Part shown: one piece after another, positions 16,627-25,134 of the stretch
Numbering within the stretch: the stretch's first letter is position 1
Layout of the letters: every line of letters starts with the position of its first letter
NCBI GenBank assembly: GCA_002428045.1
Contig: DIZZ01000207.1
Span: 1 to 56,566, forward strand
Direction of reading: 5' to 3'
Length of the DNA stretch: 56,566 nt
Source: Verrucomicrobia bacterium UBA6015
Lineage (GTDB): Bacteria > Verrucomicrobiota > Kiritimatiellia > UBA8416
Translations under genes and position numbers: made by a program
The notes under the pieces: generated by a model
Told to the model about the DNA's origin: nothing
The model's input: only the letters and a program-made list of their open reading frames with translations
Database searches by the model: none

Positions 16627-19491
16627 ATGCTCCCGATTATGGCTGCAATCCAAGAACCCATTGAAGCACCGCTAGGGCAGGCGGTGCGCGAGCGTATCTG
16701 CACACGTTTGTCGCCACCCGGCGAGAAAATAGACTTGTTCAGGTCACTTTTTCGGGGGCGGGAGGATGTCTATCCGAGGCGGTTCGAGAATCCCAAGACC
16801 GGCAAGAGCGGATACAGCCCGGCTTGCGCGAATGAATGGATCCGGGATGTCTGCGACAAGCGCAAAGTCCGTTGTGTGGAATGTCTTGGACGGCAGTTCC
16901 TGCCCGTGACCGAGGAGGTTATCCGCTGGCATCTCTCGGGGACTGATGATCAAGGTCGCGACTTCGTGGCAGGCGTTTATCCCATGCTTCTTGATGAAAC
17001 GTGTTTTTTCCTGGCGGCGGACTTTGACAAGGCCCGCTGGCAGGATGATATCCAGGCTGTGCGCGAGACATGCACGGCATTGGAGATTCCGTATGTCGTC
17101 GAACGTTCACGCTCCGGCCATGGCGCGCACCTCTGGATCTTTTTCGAGACCGCCATCCCGGCCGTCCTGGCGAGGAAGCTGGGTGCCTATATCCTGACGA
17201 TGACGATGCAGCGTCGTCCCGATATTGGCCTGGATTCGTATGACCGTTTCTTTCCGAACCAGGATACGCTGCCGAAGGGCGGACTGGGAAACCTGATTGC
17301 CCTGCCGATGCAGAAGCAGGCGAGGGCCAACGGGCATACGGAATTCCTGGATGAGCACCTCAACCCGTGGCCGGATCCATGGGCCTTCATGGCCGGTGTG
17401 AAAAAGCTGGCACCGTCATGGGTCGAGACCTTAATCCACCATGCCGAACGCAAGGGTCATGTTGTGGGGGTGCGAATGGTTGCCGAGGACGACAATGCCG
17501 AATCGCCATGGCTGGCGCTCCCATCAAGGGCACCGCGTATCCCGTCTGGCGCATTCCCACAAACCCTGCAACTTGTGCTCGGTAATCAGGTTTATATCCC
17601 AAAAGCGGCGCTTTCGCCATCCCTGCGGAATGGACTGTTGCGGTTGGCCGCATTCCAGAACCCTGAGTTCTACAAGGCTCAGGCCCTGCGCTTGCCAACG
17701 TTTGACAAGCCTCGCATCATCGCCTGCGCCGAGGATTATCCTGAGCATCTGGCCTTGCCAAGGGGCTGTCTTGACGAGGCTACCGAGCTTCTGGCCGCGC
17801 AAGGGCTCACGGTTGCCGTCCAGGACGAACGGTTTTCCGGCACACCCATCGACGTCGCCTTCTCGGGACTGTTGCGCCCGGACCAGGAGGCGGCGGCCGC
17901 CGCCCTGGTCGCCCATGATACGGGGGTGCTTTCCGCAACGACGGCATTCGGAAAAACCGTGCTGGCCGCCTGGTTGATCGCGCAGCGGGGCGTGAATACA
18001 CTGGTCCTCGTTCATCGCCGCCAGCTCCTCGAACAATGGGTTGAGCGGCTTTCCTCATTTCTGGGGATTCCTTCATCGCAGATCGGACGTATTGGCGGCG
18101 GTTCAAGGAAGGTGACCGGAACGATTGATGTGGCCCTGCTTCAAACCCTTTTCCGGAAAGGGGTGGTGCAGGATCTTGTCGGCACGTATGGCCATCTCGT
18201 TTTCGATGAGTGCCATCATCTGCCCGCCTTCAGCGTTGAACAGGTTGCCCGCCGAGCAAAGGCCAGGTATATACTCGGCCTGTCGGCCACGATAACGCGC
18301 AAGGATGGGCACCATCCCATCATTTTCATGCAATGCGGCCCGGTCAGGCACCGCGTGCATGCCAGGCAGCAGGCTGCGGAACGTCCCTTCACGCACAGTG
18401 TCTACGTCCGCCCCACCGCATTCCGGCAGGAGGAACCGGCGAGTGACGATGCACGGATGCAGTTCCAGATGCTTTACCAGGGACTGATTCATGACACGCC
18501 GCGCAACCGACTGATCATCGAGGATGTCGTGGCGGCGGTACGCGACAGGCGCAAGCCCGTGGTGTTGACCGAACGACGTGAGCATCTGGACATCCTGCTT
18601 GCCGCCTTATCCCCTGTGGTCACAAATCTCATTGTTCTCAGCGGCGGCATGACGCGGAAAGCCATCGATACCGCCATGGCGCAGCTCGCCTCGATCCCCG
18701 AGGATGCGGATCGCGTGATACTGGCAACCGGCCATTATTTGGGGGAGGGGTTTGATGATGCCAGGCTGGACACGCTGTTCCTGACACTGCCGATATCCTG
18801 GCGCGGCACCATCGCTCAGTACGTGGGCCGCCTGCACCGGCGGCATGACAACAAGCGCGAGGTTCGCGTCTACGATTATGCCGACCTGAATGTGCCGATG
18901 CTGGCGCGGATGTTCGATCGGCGCTGCAAGGGATATGAGGCCGTTGGGTACACGATCCTCCTGCCTGCAAGTGCCGTTCCGGGCTGGCCTCCTGAGGTGC
19001 CCTTGCCCGTTGATCCCGAATGGAAACGCGATTATGCGGCCAGCGTACAGCGGCTGATCCGGGATGGCGTCGATTCCCCGCTTGGCAATCTCTTCGTGCA
19101 TGCAGCCCGTGTCGCACCATCCACCGGGGAGGCGTGCGCCCGCAGCGCCTCGGAGGCTTTCCTTTACAGGCGACTCGAAACCTTGCCCGCCACTGCGGGG
19201 CGTTTTCAACTAAATGCCCGGTTGCCGATCCCGTTCGATCAGCGGGGCCACATGGAAGTGGATTTCCTATGTCCCGAAGCCCGGCTCGCGGTAGAGCTGG
19301 ATGGACCGCAGCATCTATCCGATGCCGATGCCTATCGGCGTGACCGGCACAAGGATGCGCTCCTGCAGGAGCACGGCTATTTTGTCCTTCGCTTTCTCGC
19401 GGAGGATATCGGCAAGGCGCTTGGAAAAACCCTTGATACCATTTATCGGACCCTGACCCTTTGCCTGCGCGAACGCGCCGGACGCCCATGA
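16627..19491 (+). CDS. AEP/PrimPol domain + SF2 (DECH) helicase + C-terminal DUF559/Vsr-like nuclease fusion protein, 954 aa
   Basis: AEP motifs are LAADFD (aa 129-134), SRSGHGAHLW (161-170) and DRFFP (206-210). Helicase motifs are TAFGKT (439-444), DECH (527-530), SAT (553-555) and QYVGRLHRR (731-739). The DUF559-like tail is EVDFLCPEARLAVELDGPQH...GYFVLRF (aa about 843-930). Confidence 0.85.
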   Translation: MLPIMAAIQEPIEAPLGQAVRERICTRLSPPGEKIDLFRSLFRGREDVYPRRFENPKTGKSGYSPACANEWIRDVCDKRKVRCVECLGRQFLPVTEEVIRWHLSGTDDQGRDFVAGVYPMLLDETCFFLAADFDKARWQDDIQAVRETCTALEIPYVVERSRSGHGAHLWIFFETAIPAVLARKLGAYILTMTMQRRPDIGLDSYDRFFPNQDTLPKGGLGNLIALPMQKQARANGHTEFLDEHLNPWPDPWAFMAGVKKLAPSWVETLIHHAERKGHVVGVRMVAEDDNAESPWLALPSRAPRIPSGAFPQTLQLVLGNQVYIPKAALSPSLRNGLLRLAAFQNPEFYKAQALRLPTFDKPRIIACAEDYPEHLALPRGCLDEATELLAAQGLTVAVQDERFSGTPIDVAFSGLLRPDQEAAAAALVAHDTGVLSATTAFGKTVLAAWLIAQRGVNTLVLVHRRQLLEQWVERLSSFLGIPSSQIGRIGGGSRKVTGTIDVALLQTLFRKGVVQDLVGTYGHLVFDECHHLPAFSVEQVARRAKARYILGLSATITRKDGHHPIIFMQCGPVRHRVHARQQAAERPFTHSVYVRPTAFRQEEPASDDARMQFQMLYQGLIHDTPRNRLIIEDVVAAVRDRRKPVVLTERREHLDILLAALSPVVTNLIVLSGGMTRKAIDTAMAQLASIPEDADRVILATGHYLGEGFDDARLDTLFLTLPISWRGTIAQYVGRLHRRHDNKREVRVYDYADLNVPMLARMFDRRCKGYEAVGYTILLPASAVPGWPPEVPLPVDPEWKRDYAASVQRLIRDGVDSPLGNLFVHAARVAPSTGEACARSASEAFLYRRLETLPATAGRFQLNARLPIPFDQRGHMEVDFLCPEARLAVELDGPQHLSDADAYRRDRHKDALLQEHGYFVLRFLAEDIGKALGKTLDTIYRTLTLCLRERAGRP

Positions 19492-19520
19492 TTGACCTAA
19501 AAACCTGTCCCTCAGCAATC

Positions 19521-19929
19521 TCAGTGGATGACCGTCCCTTTGATCACCTCTGCTGATTTGCTTTTCTTAAGGCTACGGCTGACGTCCTGCGATAGGGCGA
19601 TCAGTGCTGCCGGAAGGAACGGCTTGGCTGTTGCCGGGACGACGAGGGCTTGACGTTTCATTTGTCCGGCTAGATAGGGAATATCCATTTCATCCCATCC
19701 AATCGCTTGAAAGATGGACTGGAGATCATCAATGTCCTTTGGGCGCGGCCTGCCTGCCATCAATGCATAAAGTTTGGAAAGGATGATATCCTCAACGGTA
19801 AGGACAGGCACTAGCCCGAATCCGAAATCAACCTGGTTATCCTGCGCCCGCAACTTCAGATTCGGTCAGGTTGACAAGGTCAATATCCATCGTCAATCGA
19901 GGTTCCTGGCGGTATAAGGAGGCCGCCAT
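19521..19929 (-). pseudogene. Frameshifted nucleotidyltransferase-fold gene remnant (AbiEii/MNT/DUF6036-like)
   Basis: One frame reads MAASLYRQEPRLTMDIDLVNLTESEVAGAG* (an NTase xDxD-type motif, stop at 19837). The C-terminal part continues in another frame (ORF 19521..19853: ...VPVLTVEDIILSKLYALMAGRPRPKDIDDL). Confidence 0.4.
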
Positions 19930-20009
19930 CCATGCCAGCGGGTGCTGGCTGATGCAGCAACGCTGTCCGGGCGGATGACGACAACAACATTCCTAAGCTG
20001 TTCATCTCT

Positions 20010-20033
20010 GAGGCACTTGCATGCAAGTGCCTC
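20010..20033. repeat. 24-bp perfect palindrome GAGGCACTTGCA|TGCAAGTGCCTC, a candidate terminator or protein-binding site
   Basis: Read directly from the sequence. It lies 57 nt downstream of the rnhC stop, next to the AT palindrome TAATTAATTA (20041-20050). Confidence 0.6.
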
Positions 20034-20090
20034 CTCTGTATAATTAATTAGACAGCAATCAATGTCAACGAACATTCCATCGGTTTCACT

Positions 20091-21083
20091 TCACGCGGAT
20101 TTTTCAGGGCGGGTGTACGGTTTGGAGACGATCTGGCCCTCGGGCGGCAGGTTTCCTCGTGTGAGGCCTAGGTCTGCCAGCACGGCATCGGTGGTCTTGA
20201 AGTGGCACTTGACGGTGTTGAGCAGCGTTTCTGGTGTGGTGCGGCGTACAAGCGAGACCGCCGCTGTGCGTACCGCCGCCGAAGCGCCCTTGGGAATCTC
20301 CGCGCTGTACTGTTCGCGCATTTTCTGCAAGGCACAAAGGAAACTTTCACGTGCCAGGATGGATGCGGCGGCGACCGCCATGTCGGACTCCGCCTTGTGG
20401 CGCTGGATCAGTTCGATGCCGCGTCCCGCCTTCATCAGTGCCCGTTCGACGCTCTCCTTGCTGCCGAACTGGTCGGAAATCGCGGTCGGGCAGTCCGGAA
20501 CGGCCTGCAGCAGGTTTTCGATGGCACGGGCATGTCCCCAGGCCAGGATGCGGTTGACACTGCGCATTTTGGCGTAAAGACGATTGTAGGCGGCGGGTCC
20601 GATCGATACCAAGGCGAAGCGGTTACCCAGCAGTTTGCGCAGTGCAGCGCCGATCTCCATCGCCTTCTTGTCGCTGCTGATCGCCTTGCTGTCCTTGACA
20701 TCAAGCTTACGCATCGTCTCGAACAGCGTTTCATCAACATAGGCGGCGGCGATCACCAGCGGGCCGAAGAAATCCCCCTTGCCGCTCTCGTCCACCCCCA
20801 TGTGCGGGGCGGTCAATTCCGGATTCAGTGCCTGTTCATAGCCGACTGTGGCGCTCCCCAGTACGCAGGGTTCCAGCACGAATTCAACAAATGTTTTTGC
20901 GCCCTTTCCCTGGACCAACAACTTACCGCTGGTGTACAGGTTGATCGAACAATCCTCCGCCTTGACGGCAATCAGGGTATAAGGCACCTCGGCGGGACGA
21001 TAATTCCCTTGGCGCAGCAGGTCGATCAAGGTTTTCTGTTGATCGGATGACAGCTTGTACGAAAAAGAATGGGTTTCAGACAT
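20091..21083 (-). CDS. rnhC: Ribonuclease HIII
   Basis: An N-terminal TBP-like domain of about 90 aa is followed by an RNase HII-fold core (GVDESGKGDFFGPLVIAA). The ATG at 21083 (MSETHSF) is preferred. Confidence 0.85.
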   Translation of the reverse strand: MSETHSFSYKLSSDQQKTLIDLLRQGNYRPAEVPYTLIAVKAEDCSINLYTSGKLLVQGKGAKTFVEFVLEPCVLGSATVGYEQALNPELTAPHMGVDESGKGDFFGPLVIAAAYVDETLFETMRKLDVKDSKAISSDKKAMEIGAALRKLLGNRFALVSIGPAAYNRLYAKMRSVNRILAWGHARAIENLLQAVPDCPTAISDQFGSKESVERALMKAGRGIELIQRHKAESDMAVAAASILARESFLCALQKMREQYSAEIPKGASAAVRTAAVSLVRRTTPETLLNTVKCHFKTTDAVLADLGLTRGNLPPEGQIVSKPYTRPEKSA

Positions 21084-21160
21084 AAGTACCGTTCTATACC
21101 TTTGCGCCGTCGGATTCAATCACGAATTTTCACCCCATCACAAAAATAATCAAAAGATGA

Positions 21161-21189
21161 TTGACAGATAATCGATAGGCGAGTAGATT
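21161..21189 (+). promoter_or_regulatory. Sigma70-type promoter for tRNA-Thr/tuf
   Basis: TTGACA (21161-21166) is followed by a 17-nt spacer and then TAGATT (21184-21189). Confidence 0.5.
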
Positions 21190-21313
21190 CAAGGTCGCAT
21201 TTTTAATAGTTGGGACAGATTTGGGACGGGGATCGGACAAGAGAACGGAACGTTGCCGGAAATACGGACGCGTTGCGGTCTTGTGTTTTGGCAGCGGGGA
21301 GCACTAAGGCGAG

Positions 21314-21389
21314 GCCCATGTAGCTCAGTTGGTAGAGCACGTCCTTGGTAAGGACGAGGTCAGCGGTTCAATCCCGCTCATGGGCTCCA
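21314..21389 (+). tRNA. tRNA-Thr (anticodon GGU), CCA encoded
   Basis: Cloverleaf folded by hand. The acceptor stem is GCCCATG/CATGGGC, the anticodon stem is CGTCC/GGACG with loop TTGGTAA, and the T arm is AGCGG-TTCAATC-CCGCT. Confidence 0.95.
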
Positions 21390-21469
21390 GAGCGCAGGTT
21401 GTAGAGTACAAAAAGGTGCAGCGTTAAGCGTGCAAACGGGAAAAAGAGAAGGATAACGGAGGATACATC

Positions 21470-22678
21470 ATGGCAAAAGAGAAATTCGAAAGAACGAAGC
21501 CGCACGTAAATGTAGGTACGATCGGCCACGTTGACCACGGCAAGACGACGCTGACGGCTGCATTGACGAAGGTGCAGGCGCTCAAGGGACTGAGTAAGTT
21601 CATCGCCTACGATGAAGTCGCCAAGGCATCTGAGTCACAGGGCCGTCGTGACCCTACCAAGATTTTGACGATCGCCACCTCTCATGTGGAATATGCCAGC
21701 GAGAAGCGGCACTATGCACATGTTGACTGCCCCGGCCATGCCGACTATGTCAAAAACATGATCACCGGTGCGGCGCAAATGGACGGCGCGATCGTGGTCT
21801 GCAGCGCCGCCGATGGTCCGATGCCCCAGACCCGTGAGCACATCCTGTTGGCTCGCCAGGTCGGTGTGCCGGCGATTGTTGTGTTCCTGAACAAGGTCGA
21901 CTTGGTCGATGACGAGGAGCTGCTGGAACTTGTGGAGCTCGAACTCCGCGAGCTGCTCTCCAAGTACGACTTCCCGGGCGATGATATTCCGATCGTGCGC
22001 GGCGATGCGCTCTCGGCCACGCATGCCAATTCGGCGGATGACCCGGCGTGCCAGTGCATCACTAACCTGATCAATGCCCTCGATACCTACATTCCGGAGC
22101 CGGTGCGTGCGATCGACCTGCCCTTCCTGATGCCTATCGAAGACGTGTTCTCGATCGACGGACGTGGAACGGTGGTCACAGGACGTATCGAGCGCGGTGT
22201 GGTCAAGGTTGGCGAGGAAGTTGAGATCATCGGTATCCGTCCGACCGTCAAGACGGTTGCCACGGGCATTGAAATGTTCCGCAAGCTGCTTGATCAGGGT
22301 GAGGCCGGTGACAATGTCGGCGTCCTACTGCGCAGCACCAAGAAGGATGACGTGGAGCGCGGTCAGGTGTTGGCGAAGCCCAACTCGATTACCCCGCACA
22401 CGATATTCGAGGCGGAAGTGTACATCCTGAGCAAGGATGAAGGCGGCCGTCACACGCCGTTCTTCAAGGGGTACCGTCCTCAGTTCTACATCCGCACAAC
22501 GGACGTGACGGGCGATATCACCTTGGATGAGGGCGTGGAAATGGTCATGCCTGGCGACAATGTGCACATGAATGTCACGCTGATCCAGCCGGTGGCGCTG
22601 GAAGAAAAGATGCGTTTCGCTATTCGTGAAGGTGGCCGCACGGTCGGTGCCGGAACGGTTGCGAAGATCCTGAAATAA
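21470..22678 (+). CDS. tuf: Elongation factor Tu
   Basis: It has the [14 protein letters not shown] and NKVD motifs and full-length conservation. Confidence 0.98.
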   Translation: MAKEKFERTKPHVNVGTIGHVDHGKTTLTAALTKVQALKGLSKFIAYDEVAKASESQGRRDPTKILTIATSHVEYASEKRHYAHVDCPGHADYVKNMITGAAQMDGAIVVCSAADGPMPQTREHILLARQVGVPAIVVFLNKVDLVDDEELLELVELELRELLSKYDFPGDDIPIVRGDALSATHANSADDPACQCITNLINALDTYIPEPVRAIDLPFLMPIEDVFSIDGRGTVVTGRIERGVVKVGEEVEIIGIRPTVKTVATGIEMFRKLLDQGEAGDNVGVLLRSTKKDDVERGQVLAKPNSITPHTIFEAEVYILSKDEGGRHTPFFKGYRPQFYIRTTDVTGDITLDEGVEMVMPGDNVHMNVTLIQPVALEEKMRFAIREGGRTVGAGTVAKILK

Positions 22679-22702
22679 TAACAGCTAGGCTTGATGATAG
22701 CG

Positions 22703-22731
22703 ACCCCGTCGCGTTAAATTCGCGGCGGGGT
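22703..22731 (+). terminator. Hairpin after tuf (11-bp stem, weak U tract), a possible attenuator or partial terminator
   Basis: ACCCCGTCGCG-ttaaatt-CGCGGCGGGGT, with one G-U pair. Confidence 0.35.
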
Positions 22732-22759
22732 TGTATCGTCAGTATTTGGATGGTGTCCG

Positions 22760-22912
22760 ATGTCGAGAGAACTTATTACGCTGGCCTGTACGGAATGTAA
22801 GCGGCGGAACTACACAACGACCAAGAACAAGACCAATACGCCGGGGCGTTTGGAAATCCTGAAATTCTGCCGTTTTGACAAGAAGCGTACGCTTCATCGC
22901 GAGATTAAGTAG
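22760..22912 (+). CDS. rpmG: 50S ribosomal protein L33 (50 aa)
   Basis: The hand translation is [50 protein letters not shown]. It is under 60 aa and so absent from the ORF track. Confidence 0.9.
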   Translation: MSRELITLACTECKRRNYTTTKNKTNTPGRLEILKFCRFDKKRTLHREIK

Positions 22913-22941
22913 AACGTATTGGTTTTTCGAGGGCTGATCAC

Positions 22942-23017
22942 AGGCCAGTAGCTCAATTGGCAGAGCACCGGTCTCCAAAACCGGGGGTTGTGGGTTCGAT
23001 TCCCCCCTGGCCTGCCA
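22942..23017 (+). tRNA. tRNA-Trp (anticodon CCA), CCA encoded
   Basis: The acceptor stem is AGGCCAG/CTGGCCT, the anticodon stem is CCGGT/ACCGG, and the loop is CTCCAAA. There is one U-C mismatch in the T stem. It sits in the canonical position before secE-nusG. Confidence 0.9.
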
Positions 23018-23055
23018 GGCGCTCGAAAGACCGATGCGTATTACGATAAGGGTAG

Positions 23056-23283
23056 GTGATTTTGAAAAACGAAACAACGCAACAGGCTCCGCTGCTGAAG
23101 CGAGTGAAACGGTTCTGCGAGGAAACGGTTCTGGAAGTAAAGCGATCAACGTGGCCTGACCGGAAAACCCTGATCATGCATACGGTGATTGTGATTGTCG
23201 GGGTTTTCGCGCTGGGTATTTTTGTTGGTCTCAGTGATAAGATTGTCGCCGTCTGTTTGCGGATGCTAGTACCGCAGGGTTAA
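23056..23283 (+). CDS. secE: Preprotein translocase subunit SecE
   Basis: It has the C-terminal TM helix and the EVKRSTWPDRK motif, with a GTG start. It lies upstream of nusG. Confidence 0.85.
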   Translation: MILKNETTQQAPLLKRVKRFCEETVLEVKRSTWPDRKTLIMHTVIVIVGVFALGIFVGLSDKIVAVCLRMLVPQG

Positions 23284-23296
23284 GTAAGAGGCTAAC

Positions 23297-23845
23297 ATGA
23301 ATAAGCAGTGGTTTGTAATTCATACGCTGACAGGACAGGAAGGTAAAGTGCGCGAGAGCATCATGCGCCGCCTTCAGCTTGAGGAAATGGGCGACCTGAT
23401 CGGCGAGGTGATCATACCTACCGAGAAGGTGTCGGAAGTCCGCCGCGGGGTGAAGACAACGACGACTCGCAAGTTTTTCCCAGGATATGTGCTGGTGAAT
23501 GTAGCCTTGTATGGTGAAGATCGTACACTGGTTGAACGGACGTGGCATTTTATCAAGGAAACCACCGGGGTCATTGGTTTTGTGGGTGGGGAGCGCCCGG
23601 TCCCGTTGCTGCCTGATGAAGTTAATGTGATCCTGAATCAGGTGGAGGAGAAGAAGGAAAAGGTCGCTCCCAAGGTTGCTTTCGAGGCGGGGGAGACGAT
23701 CAAGATTACCGATGGTCCGTTCCTTAATTTCAACGGGGTTGTGGAAGAGATTGATCCAGGCCGTGGAAAGTTGAAAGTGTCGGTCGCGATCTTCGGTCGG
23801 TCAGCCCCCGTTGAGCTTGAATATTGGCAGGTAGAGCACGTATAG
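23297..23845 (+). CDS. nusG: Transcription termination/antitermination factor NusG
   Basis: It has the NGN domain (WFVIHTLTGQE) and a KOW domain. Confidence 0.95.
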   Translation: MNKQWFVIHTLTGQEGKVRESIMRRLQLEEMGDLIGEVIIPTEKVSEVRRGVKTTTTRKFFPGYVLVNVALYGEDRTLVERTWHFIKETTGVIGFVGGERPVPLLPDEVNVILNQVEEKKEKVAPKVAFEAGETIKITDGPFLNFNGVVEEIDPGRGKLKVSVAIFGRSAPVELEYWQVEHV

Positions 23846-23899
23846 GCACCAGACTCCGGTGCATTCATTTTATAACGAAAACAGAGAGCGAGGAGAGAG

Positions 23900-24325
23900 A
23901 TGGCAAAGAAAGTCGTCGGACAGATTAAGTTGCAGATTCCGGCGGGAGCGGCGAATCCGGCACCCCCCGTGGGCCCTGCGCTTGGTCAGCATGGTGTCAA
24001 CATCATGGAATTTTGCAAAACGTTCAATGCGCGTACCGCCGATAAGGCTGGCTTGATCGTTCCCGTTGTCATCTCGGTTTACGCTGATCGCTCCTTCACC
24101 TTTATCACCAAGAGCCCACCGGCAGCCTCGCTGCTGAAGCGGGCGGCGGGCCTGGCCAAGGGGTCGGCGGTGCCGCATCGCGACAAGGTCGGATCCGTGA
24201 CGCGTGAACAGGTTCGCGAGATCGTCAAGACCAAGCTGGATGATATGAATGCCAATGATGTGGAAGCAGGCATGCGGACCGTCGAAGGGACGGCGCGTAG
24301 CATGGGCATTGAGATCAAGGATTAG
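23900..24325 (+). CDS. rplK: 50S ribosomal protein L11
   Basis: The N-terminus is [34 protein letters not shown]. Confidence 0.97.
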   Translation: MAKKVVGQIKLQIPAGAANPAPPVGPALGQHGVNIMEFCKTFNARTADKAGLIVPVVISVYADRSFTFITKSPPAASLLKRAAGLAKGSAVPHRDKVGSVTREQVREIVKTKLDDMNANDVEAGMRTVEGTARSMGIEIKD

Positions 24326-24436
24326 TGATTTCTGAACGGGAGTCTGCCCGCCGGGCTGTGAGTGCAGCCTTTAGTGAGGTAGACGTTGACCGGGGGTTGC
24401 ACTCGTGTCGCGCCTCTAAATACAGGAAGGAAGAAC

Positions 24437-25120
24437 ATGCCAAAGCATGGAAAGAAGTACACCGCAATAAAGGCCAAGGCGCCGAAGACGGCGGTGGAAC
24501 TGGCGGAAGGAATCGCATTTTTAAAGGCAAATCCGGCGGCGTCGTTTGACGAGACGGTGGAGCTTTGTTTCCGGATGGGGATAGATCCCCGCAAATCTGA
24601 AAACGCCGTTCGCAGTACTTGCGCATTGCCGCATGGTACGGGTAAGAGTGTCCGGGTGCTCGTGTTCGCAGGAGGTGCTGCCGCTGATGCTGCGCGTGCC
24701 GCCGGTGCAGATTATGTCGGCAACGAGGACATGATCGAGAAGGTCAAGAACGGCTTCACGGACTTCGATGTGGCGATCGCCACTCCCGAGGCCATGCTTG
24801 AAGTTCGTAAGCTCGGTCGCGTACTGGGTCCCCGCGGTTTGATGCCCAATCCGAAGACTGGCACGGTCAGCGATGACACGGCTGCGGCCGTGACTGCGGC
24901 CAAGGGTGGTCGTGTGGAATTCCGCATGGATAAGAACGGAAATATCAACGTCGCGGCAGGTAAACTGTCGTTCGATGTAGCGAAGATCGATGATAACATC
25001 AAATGTATCGTCGGTGCGGTCAAGGCAGCGAAGCCTGCCGGAGCCAAGGGGATTTATATCCGCAATGTCACGATCTCCTCTACAATGGGTGTCGGCCTGC
25101 GGGTGAATGTCAGAGATTAA
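24437..25120 (+). CDS. rplA: 50S ribosomal protein L1
   Basis: Trimmed to MPKHGKKY, with a GGAAGGA SD upstream. Confidence 0.95.
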   Translation: MPKHGKKYTAIKAKAPKTAVELAEGIAFLKANPAASFDETVELCFRMGIDPRKSENAVRSTCALPHGTGKSVRVLVFAGGAAADAARAAGADYVGNEDMIEKVKNGFTDFDVAIATPEAMLEVRKLGRVLGPRGLMPNPKTGTVSDDTAAAVTAAKGGRVEFRMDKNGNINVAAGKLSFDVAKIDDNIKCIVGAVKAAKPAGAKGIYIRNVTISSTMGVGLRVNVRD

Positions 25121-25134
25121 GGCGGTATAAAAAA

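Noticed and set aside
18638-19489. A 283-aa ORF on the minus strand, antisense to the 3' part of the AEP-helicase-DUF559 gene.
   Set aside because: It lies entirely inside a gene whose sense frame carries clear helicase and DUF559 motifs. Its translation is Arg/Pro/Gly/Ala-rich, which is typical of spurious antisense ORFs in high-GC DNA.
19893-20075. A 60-aa minus-strand ORF (MFVDIDCCLINYTEEALACKCL...).
   Set aside because: It is read across the 24-bp palindrome and the TAATTAATTA tract, and it is out of frame with the NTase-like remnant. It is most likely non-coding decayed sequence.
20202-21050. A 282-aa plus-strand ORF overlapping rnhC.
   Set aside because: It is antisense to a well-supported RNase HIII gene. 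It has low-complexity composition and no recognisable motifs.
15207-21313. Interpreting the islet as a tRNA-associated integrative element.
   Set aside because: No integrase, excisionase or direct repeat of a tRNA 3' end was found. The conserved rnhC gene separates the islet from tRNA-Thr.
24386-24436. N-terminally extended ORF-track starts for rplA. The same issue applies to rplJ 25003, rpoC 29864, secY 45962, rpsM 48377, tatC 9296, pncA 926, the gspJ-like gene 55041 and the last pseudopilin 55854.
   Set aside because: The extensions overlap upstream genes or lack SD sequences. Internal starts restore the canonical N-termini and have SD motifs at proper spacing.
24326-24436. The 111-nt rplK-rplA spacer as a possible L1-binding autoregulatory leader.
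   Set aside because: This is plausible by analogy, but I could not identify the L1-stalk-mimic structure by eye. It needs an Rfam or covariance-model scan.
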